Below are positions 11,101-20,100 of a stretch of DNA of 20,521 nt, piece after piece (position 1 is the stretch's first letter; every line of letters begins with the position of its first letter). A model generated the notes under the pieces. That model worked only from the letters and a program-made list of their open reading frames with translations. It did no database searches and was not told where the DNA came from. The position numbers and the translations under genes were made by a program. Origin of the DNA: Candidatus Altiarchaeales archaeon IMC4 (GTDB lineage Archaea; Altiarchaeota; Altiarchaeia; IMC4); NCBI GenBank assembly GCA_001742785.1, contig MCBF01000001.1, forward strand, positions 64,482 through 85,002, written 5' to 3'.

Positions 11101-14100
11101 CTGTAGACAATCGTCGGGTTCAATGTAAGGTTTACTATCCGTATCGTATCTATATCAGTTATGTTCGCCTGCTGCGATGATATCTGCGGCGTGTAATAAA
11201 GCGAAGTGTTGTCTTCGGTTATGTTGCAGGTCAAATTATTAAGGCCCGGGTAGATGTTGTCTGCTGTCGAAACGTTTATTGCGAAAGTCGCATAACCGGT
11301 CCCGTTCGTCTGCGCCGGCGACCTGCCGCCGCCCAACTCGGGGCCATTAACGTAAAGGCGTACGTTATAGCCGGGTATGCCTTGTGAGAACTCGTCGATG
11401 ACCTTGCAGCTAAGCACGAATGCCTGGCCTGTGTAATATGTGGCGTTTGCAGGCGTTATCTCAGAAACGTTCGCATAGCCAAATACCTTGATGGTTACGT
11501 TCTTCCGGCCCATTTCATAGTACTGCCCGCTTGCGTTCGCAGTTATTGTCTCGGGACCCCTTGCATAAGCCGGCGGGATGGCCCATATAGCGTTTGTGCC
11601 GTTTGCGATATCGTAGCCGGTCTCGTTCCACCACATGTTCGTGTAATTGTTTGACGGATAGCCGCAGGAGTCGTTCACTGTCGCATTAAGATTTATTGCC
11701 GAGCCCCTGTAAACCTTCAAATCTGCGGTCGGGTAGGTTATGCTGACGACAAGCGAATCGTTCAGCGTCAGGATTGCATTGTTGTCGTTTGTATATGAAG
11801 TGTCGCTCACGTAGACGCTTATGTTGTGGCCTCCCAAAAGATATGAGCACTGCGTTCCGTTCGGCCACGTGTAGTTGCAGATTCCATTGCTTGTGGTGCT
11901 GTTGAATATCTGCTGTCCGTCGACTGACCACTGGCAGTTGATGTTATCCAGGGGTTCCTTCGTGACGTTTGCAGTTACGTTCGCCTTTATGGTAATGTTG
12001 CTGGTTCTGGCGACGCTTTGGTCCTGCGTGATCACCCCGAAGTAGATGTCGTCTATGACCAACCGCTTCGTGTCATTGGCAAGAGTCGAGTAATCTGCCG
12101 TAACGTTCGCCAGTATCGTGAAGTTTCCTATCTCGTGGTCGTCTGCCGGGTTGTAGTAAAGCGTTGCTATTCCGCTTGATGTTGTGTTTGAGCCGAGAAT
12201 GCTGTAAGAACCGCTCACGTTCTCGTAGAAACTCACTGTCAAACCGTCTTCGGCCTGCCCCTCTATGTCCGTAACGTTCGCGGTAAACGTGACGTTTTCC
12301 GCCCCGATTCCGGAAACCCTGTAGATATGGTCGGTGCTCATGCCCAGCGAAAGGAACAGCTCCCTCACCAAGGTTATGTTAACGGAACTCGTTGCATTGT
12401 CGTAATATGTCTTTGAAACGTTGACCGTTATCCTTACCTCACCTTCCGTATCCGTTGTCGTGTTGCGCGTGCCTTTCCATAGTTTGGTTGACGAATTGAA
12501 GGCTAATCCGGGGTAGGACACCGATGCGGCCTCGAACGTGCAGTTTATATAGTTCAGTGCCGAGATAGTCCCGTTCTCGTCGGTTACGTTTGCGGTTATG
12601 TTAACCACCTGCCCCTTTATGACCTGCGCGCTTCCGGTAGGCGATACTATGCTCACATTCAGCCTGCCCCAGACCTCTACTGCAGATGTTTTGTTGCTCG
12701 GGTCGTACCAGTCCTTTGAGGCGTTGACCATGAGCGTGTACGGGCCTACTGTCTGGTCTTGCGGTACGGTCCATGCCCAGTCCTCGCTTTGGTTCAGGAG
12801 GGTGCTGTTGAGGTACCAGGTGAAGGAGGGGGTTACCGGGTTGTTGTTCTCGTCCATTATCGTGGAGTTCATCTGGTAGGTGTCCTTCCTGTAGAACATG
12901 GTTTCTGCGGTGTCCATGGTCAGGTTGAGCACGCCCATGATGGCAAGCCATTTCGTGTCGGATGCCGCGCTTGTGTAGCTTCCCGTCACGTTCGCCTTTA
13001 TGGTGAAGTTCCCCGGCGTGTGGTCTTCTGCCGGGTTGTAGCCGAATGTGGCTATGCCCGATGATGTTGTGTTCGAGCCTATTGCTGTTTCATTCTCATA
13101 GAATGTCACCGTGAGCCCGGAAACGCCGCCTGCTTCATCGGTTACGTTTGCAGCCAGGAGCGTTGTGTTAGCGCCCGAGTTGTTGTTTCTGTATATCGTT
13201 GAGGGGCTGACGTTCAGACTGAGGTTTACCACGCGGTTGATTGTTATGTTTGTCAGGCTTGTCGTCGGGTTGTAGTAGGCTTTGGATGCGGTGACGTTGA
13301 CAGTCCATACCCCGATGCTGTCATTTGCCTTTGTCGTGTAGCTGCCCTCCCAGAGTTCCGATGTGGCGTTGTACGCCATTGTGACATTGCGGTAGTCTGT
13401 CTGGTTTGCAGTGTTCACTATGGTGGAGTTTACGGTCGCAGCGTTCACCACCTCGATTTCGTTTGTGAGGTTTGCCTTGACGCGTATTATGTCGGTTCTG
13501 TTGAAGTTCTGGTCTTGTGATGGAGATACTGTGCTTGAGTTGAGCCTGCCCCAGACATCTATGTTTGATGTGGCATTGTCAGGGTCGTACCAGTCTTTTG
13601 ATACGTTCACCATGAGGGTGTACGGGCCTACTGTCTGGTCTTGCGGTACGGTCCATGCCCAGTCCTCGCTTTGGTTGAGTAGGGTGGTGTTGAGGTACCA
13701 GGTGAAGGAGGGGGTTACCGGGTTGTTGTTCTCGTCCATTATCGTGGAGTTCATCTGGTAGGTGTCCTTCCTGTAGAACCTCGTTGTGTTTGTATCCATG
13801 GAGACGTTCAAGACCCCCCTAATGGCGAGCCATTTTGTGTCTGCTGCGGGCTGATAATTAGTGCCCGTTACGTTGGCCAGTATCGTGAAGTTCTCTGGTG
13901 TGTGGGTTTCCGCAGGGTTGTAGCCGAATGTGGCTATGCCCGATGATGTTGTGTTCGAGCCGATATAAGTTCCGTTCTCATAGAAATTCACTGTCAGGCC
14001 TGTCGGGCTGTTGCCCTCTTCATCAGTCACGTTCGCGGTGAACCGCGTAACGTTTACCCCTGAGTTGTTGTTTCTGTATATTGTGGTGGGGCTGACGTTA

Positions 14101-17100
14101 AGCGTGAGGTTAAGCTTCGTGTAGAGTATGACCGTTATGTTGTCCTGCGCACTGTCGTAGTAGTCCTTGGACGCATTAACCTTGATTACCCAGTCGTCTA
14201 TTGCGTCGTTGCTCAGGAACGTGTAATTGCCGCCCCACAGCTTCGTGGCAGCGTTGTAGGACATGTTCACTATCTTGACGTTCGAGGAGTTGGTCTTCTG
14301 TGCGAACGTGCAGTTTACCGTTGCGTTGTCTACTGCGGCGGCAGGCCCTGTTATGTTCGCTGTTACGTTCACGTTGTCGCCCCTTCCGAACGTGGTTGCG
14401 TTGAGTGGCAGGGTTATGTCGACCTTCAGGCAGCTTTTTATCAAGACGGTCATATTCGCCTCGCTTCCCTGGTTGTAATACGGCTTTGTCACGTTCGCCT
14501 TTATGGTAAAGTTCCCGACGCTGTGGCCGCTTGGGGTGTAGCTGAATTGCGCATTGCCGTTCACCGTTGTGTTCGAGCCTATATTGTTCCATGCAGTGCC
14601 GTTATACTCGTAGAATGTTACGTTGGCGCCCGATATCCCGGCTCCATGGTCGTCGAGGGTTGTCGCGTTCAGGAGCACCGAGGTCGGGGCGTTGCACGCG
14701 TTTTGATACACGGTGCTGCTGCTTGTGGAAAGCGATGTTACGTTCAGCATTCCATAAACTGTGTATGTGACCTTTATGTTCGTCGGGTAGAGCATGTAAA
14801 CGTCATCTTTGTTCCAGTACGAGTAGTTGTTCCCTATGTCCCTCAGGAGTGTGAAGTTTATTCCCGAAGTCATGTTCTGGCCGGGGGTAAACCCAGACGC
14901 GCTCCAGTTTCCGAATGTGATATTGCTTGTATTTGAAAGCGGTATCGTGTCGTTGAGATTATCCTTCAGCACTATGCCGACCAGCGTAACATTCGGTCCG
15001 TTCGGCGGGTATCTCGTTATGTTCCCGAAGCATGTCTTTTCATCCGTGCAGTAGGTTGCGTTCGGGCTCCATGTGACGTTTTCTACGTGATCGTATTTTC
15101 CGATGACCCTGTATGTCCGGTTGAGTCCCAAAAAGCCGCAGTAGCCCCCCAGACCTGTAACATTGGTGTAGGCCGTGTTCAGTGTTCCGGCAGGTACCTG
15201 GCTTACGTCCATGTTCGCGGTATTTTTGCTGAAATTACTCGACCCGAGCTGGACAAGGAGGTTGTCCCTCACCTTCAAGTCTATGGTTATTGTTGGGCCT
15301 CCGTCCGGTCCGTCATTGTAATTGTTAATTACGTATTCGATGTCTGCGCCGACCGATACGTTTTTATCCGGGGTCCATCGGACAGACGTACCGGTTCCTT
15401 CGTTCCAGCCGACCACAGTCTTGTTTATCGGTATCTTGATTGCATAGTCAGGGGAGGTGTTTGTCAGGCCGTGGTAGTAGCCCTTCGTCAGGGATATCCG
15501 GAATATGTCCCCTGCGGTGTCCGTGTCGGAATCTCCGATATCGTAGGTTCCGGATGTCGCATTGCTTATGTAGCCGCCCATCCATGTAACGTTCACGCTC
15601 ACGTCTATCGGATTGTTGTTTTCATCCCTTATATCCGTGACGTTCCAGCTGATCAGGTAGGGCACGCCGATGTCTTCGCACCCGGGGGCCCTCGAGAGGT
15701 TTCCGCTTGAGGGGGTTATGTTGAACTGCGCGGTTATCGTCGCGTACATGTTCACGGCGGCGTAATCGTTGTTTATCGTCGCGTTGTAGAAACCGCTTGC
15801 GTTTGTCTCGATCGTGCAGTTAAGCATGTACTGGCCCGCGGTTACATTGCTTGCGTTCCACAGGTATGATGCAACCCCCGATGCGTTCGTGGTCGCGTTG
15901 TATTCATTTGTTCCGTTGACCCAGAACATGACAGGGTAGCCCGCCGTCGCCTCGTCGTAGAAGGTGGTTACGTTGCACCTCACCGGGATTATACCCCTGT
16001 CGTAGTCGCCTTCTTCGGGTTGCGACATGTTTATCCTGATTCTTGACCACAGCGTAAATCGCGATGCGTTCGTCTTTTCCAGTCCGTTCTTCCATGCCGA
16101 TACAAATGCGCTGTAGTTGCCACGCGAGTACGACGAATTTGTCTGCCATGCACCAGTGTACACCCCTGTGGACGTGTTCGTAAGCGTTATGTTGTAAACC
16201 GCGCCGGAGCAGTCTTGCGCCGTGCCGTTCACTATGCATGCGGAGATATTGTCCGCATTCTCGAACCAGCTTCCGTCGGTTACGTTCACGTAAAACGAAA
16301 CGCTCTGCCCCAAGTAGTAGTCCGTCTTATCTGTTTTGGCCGGCAGGGCAAGCGAGTGCCTTACGAGGAGCCACTCGGTCGCGTTGTTGCCCGAGGTGTC
16401 GTTTGCGTAGAGCGTTATGGTGTATGCGCCCAGCTTCGTCAGGTTGTACGTGGCCCGGTAGATGTTAGGGCTCTGGTTCGCCAGGTTGATAATCTCCGAT
16501 GTGCTGTCCGGGGCAGATATGTTCGCCCTGACCGCGGCAACCCTGTAATCGTCCGTAACGTTGGCGATTATCGTTATGTTCGTGTTAAGCCACGTGCTGT
16601 TCACATCCAGGGAGTTTATGACCGGGATTATTATATCGGCAGTCGTGTTCGCGGTGTTGTTGACCCACGTCCGGTTCACGTTTCCGAGGTTGTCAACCGT
16701 TCTTGTGCCGATGGTGTGCCCTGTCCCCGGCTCAAGCCCCGTGAGGTTGTAAAAGCCCATCGCACCCGGCGAGCCTGTCTGGTTTTCCGTCCAGTTCCCG
16801 TCAATCCATATCTCGGTGTGGTTGAAGTCGCCGTTAGACGGGTTCGTCCAGTTCCACCAGATCCACGTGTAGTTCATCAGGGTGGCGTTCAGGCCCATGA
16901 CACCGCCGGGCGGGGTCGTGTCTATCGTCAGGTACCTCGGTTGGGTCGAGTTGTAGAGGTTTCCTTCCCCGTATGTCCAGTTCTGGTTTCCTGCGGAGTC
17001 GTTGGCCCGGCCGTAGTAGGTGTAGGTTCCGTCTGCCAGATCTGTCTTGTTGATGAAGAACTGGTAGTTTGGTGCAGTTCCTGCAATGGTTCCGCTATTA

Positions 17101-20100
17101 CAAGTTGTGGAATTACAGTTTGCGTCCAGCGTTCCGTTCCAGTAGAACTTGAATGTGTCCAGATTTAGTTCAGTTATGCTGATGTTCACCGCGGTCCAGT
17201 TGCGGGTCAGGTAGGAGTTGTTGGCGGGCGTTTGATTGGTGAAGTTCAGGGAGGGATAAGTGGTGTCGATGGTTACGTTTATGCTCGTTGTGTTCGAGTT
17301 CGTTGCGTTGTCGTATGCCGTTGCGTTAATGTAGTACATGCCGTCGCCATGCGTTATGTTTACCGTCCACGACCAGTTCTGCGAGTAGTTCAGCGTAGAA
17401 TTCACCAGGGCGAATGAGTTGCCGCTCCAGACAGGGGTTCCGTTTCGCTTTACCAGGAGTATATGATTCGGCACCGTTACGTCGTAGATTTTTCCGGTGT
17501 ATGGGGTTTTTTCTATGCTTTGGACTTTGACGTGGTTAAGGTGCTGGTCAAGGAAGTAGATGGGTTGGTCGGTGGGGAGGTCTGCGACTTTTTGGAGGGA
17601 GAACGTATTTTTATACGTCGAACTTATATTATTACTGAAAATGGAATTAGTCGTTAATATTCCCAAGGAACTAGAACCCGGATTTGAAGAACTCGACAAG
17701 GCGGAGGTAAACTCGGTTTTTTCCAATGCGATGAGAGAGCGGCTATCTGAGAGGTTGATGTTTAAATTAGCAGATGACTTGCTGAAAAACTCCGAGATAA
17801 CAGATGAGATGGCACTAAAGTGGGGTTCCGAACTCAAGGAGAGGGTCGCCGCAAGGCACTGATTATAGCCGAAGATGTCGGAACAACTACCTAAACTCCT
17901 GATAGTTGACGCCTGCGTATTATTCTCGTTCTTTAAGAAGGACTCTGCCAGGAGGAAGGTCATCGAGAAATTGCCAAATTTTGGATGCAGACTGATCTCC
18001 CCCGAATTCGTTTTCGAGGAACTGGCCGACAGCAGAGAAAAGATAAAGAAATCCGGTAAGGTTAATAATCTGGTGTTTGCATTCTTATTTACCTTGCTTG
18101 AGCGGAAGATAGAATCGTTTCCTGAAAATGTGTATGAAAGATTCTTGCCAGAGGCCAATAGTATCTCTCCGCACGGCAAGCACGTTACAAAGGACGATCC
18201 ATACTTTGCATTAGCGTTGGCGCTTAATTCGCCAATCTGGTCTGACGAAGAGGAATTTAAGCAGCAGGATAGGGTTGAGGTATTTAATACGAATGAACTG
18301 CTGAAAAGACTTGGGTTAATCCCCGCGTAAACCTTATGCTCCGGTGAAACTAATAGGTCTCCCACGTGGATTGGTAATCCACGGGACACCATTTGCTTCG
18401 GCAAATGCTTGTCAAGTCTTCCTGTCTTCGGGTCTTCCATCCTGATTTTGTACATCTGCCCGTCGTAGTCGTAGGTCTGATACTCAGTCGGCTTGTTAAA
18501 TTCCGTTTCCCCGTTTTCGGAGTTCAAGGTCAGTACCTTTTCACCCCCGCTCAGTTCCCGGAAATATTTCCACCCCCCGTCCGTCAGAACCTGCGTTTCG
18601 TTGTCATAGCACCCGAACTTCTCGAAGATGCTGACGTTCGTGTAATTCAGGTTCGTGTCAATCGTTGTGCCGTTTATGGTTATCGTTTTCGTGTTGAAGT
18701 ACTGCCCGTTTGCAGGGTAGGTTATGCTCACGGCTGGGTTCGTGGTGTCTATCTTCAGGTACCTCGGCTGGGTCGAGTTGTAGAGGTTTCCTTCCCCGTA
18801 TGTCCAGTTCTGGTTTCCTGCGGAGTCGTTGGCCTGGCCGTAGTAGGTGTAGGTTCCGTCTGCCAGATCTGTCTTGTTGATGAAGAACCAGCGGTTTGGG
18901 GCCGTGCCTGTGATGTTCCCGTTGTCGCACGCGGTGATATTGCACGTCGCATTGGTCGAGCCGTTCCAGTTGAATACGAATGTGTCTAAGTTGGTTTCGT
19001 TGATCGAGATGTTTATCTCTGTCCAGTTGCGGGTCAGGTAGGAGTTGTTTGCCGGGGCAAGGGTGAAGTTCAATGCAGGATGGGTTGTGTCTATCGTTAT
19101 CGTCCTTGCCGCGCTTGAGTTCGTCATGCTGTCGTAGGTGCAGTTCACCTGCCACTGGTACACCCCGTCGGGGGCTATGCTGTTGTTGGCTGTTACAACC
19201 TTCGCAATCCCGTTTTGCGCCACGCTCGTGTTGTAGCCCGTGCCGTTTATCAAGAGGTGGCATGTGTAGTTGGCAATGCTTCCGGATACCGTGTAGTTGA
19301 ACTGAGGCGTGGAGGTGTTTGCGAAGTTGTAGTCTGCCGGGGAGTTCGCTGCGACCGAGAACCAGGTACCTGGGCAGGCATACATGCACCCGAATGGCTG
19401 GCCGGAATCCGCGAAGTTGTACCACGAGTTACAGGTATTATTTATACCTGTATTCGAATCGAGGTCATAGATGTCTGTGTTCGTGTTTGCGCAGGCGGTG
19501 TTGTTGGTGAGGGTGTTGCCAGTGGAGTCCGCGGTGAAGTACGCCCCGTAAGTGGAGTTGGTAAGGTTGTTGTTTGTGAAGTTGTTGCCCGTCGCGCCGC
19601 TTGAATAGATGGAGTAGTTCTGGGCTAATCTGATTGTGTTGCCCGAGACTGCGCTGCCGGTTACGCCGTTGAGGTCTATCCCGTAGCTGCAGTTGGAAAT
19701 CGTGTTGTTTGTGATGTTGAGGGAGGAGACGGAGTAGGAAACTATGCTATATTTAATTGCATCAGCAACGCTATATGGACTTCCAACCACAGCACTAAGT
19801 ACTACTTTTGTCGGTGAAGTATATGTTCCTATTTTTACCCAACCGGAAAGATCTTCAGAATTTCCGAGAGTTCCATCAGCTTTATATCGTTGGTTTACGC
19901 GTATTTCAGTAGAAGATGTGCCGGAAGTGCAACTGACTATAGGATTTGATATACTAGGACATGCAAGATGCCCCCCATGTGTCACTACATATTTAGTAGA
20001 TGTGTAAGCATCATCAAAGACAACATAGTGAACCCACACGTCATAGCTTCCGCTTGAAGTAAAAGTCCAAGTATATGTTGCACTTGCTGAGCCGCTTTGC

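Larger units (their letters stand above)
17418..18611 (-). mobile_element. Intein (Hint domain), 398 aa, with no homing endonuclease; central region occupied by an antisense TA operon
   Basis: Block A G/CYDNETQVLTDGGWKYFREL (Cys1 codon 18611-18609); block B LLVSPEHKVY; block F/G YTGKIYDVTVPNHILLVKRNGTPVWSGN/S (Asn 17420-17418, +1 Ser). Removing it restores a contiguous Ig-like unit: DTTNPAVSITYP...YTNVSIFEKFG|SFALVNSTLNYSQNWSWTV...DGMYYINATAYDNATN. Confidence 0.92.

Noticed and set aside
2257..17417. Numerous 60-317 aa ORFs overlapping the giant gene on either strand (e.g. 16215..17168, 15087..15710)
   Set aside because: No recognisable motifs. Compositions (V/R-rich or F/T/V/M-rich) are what shadow frames of an Asn/Thr-rich, GC3-high gene produce, unlike the PIN/RHH pair.
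17560..17640. Longer 100-aa antitoxin starting at 17560
   Set aside because: The extension runs through the TATA/palindrome and the intein C-domain codons. ATG 17641 fits promoter spacing and an RHH-like N-terminus.
17604..18330. Degenerate homing endonuclease in the intein centre
   Set aside because: No LAGLIDADG, HNH or GIY-YIG motif is visible. The host-frame peptide is fully explained as the antisense of the TA genes.
18356..18431. Self-cleaving (HDV-like or hammerhead) ribozyme
   Set aside because: I could find only simple hairpins, with no nested pseudoknot or CUGANGA/GAAA core. An Infernal search would settle it.
16921..18888. Diversity-generating retroelement TR/VR pair
   Set aside because: Only three core mismatches, with the adenine not confined to one copy. 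Both copies are coding and there is no reverse transcriptase in the window.
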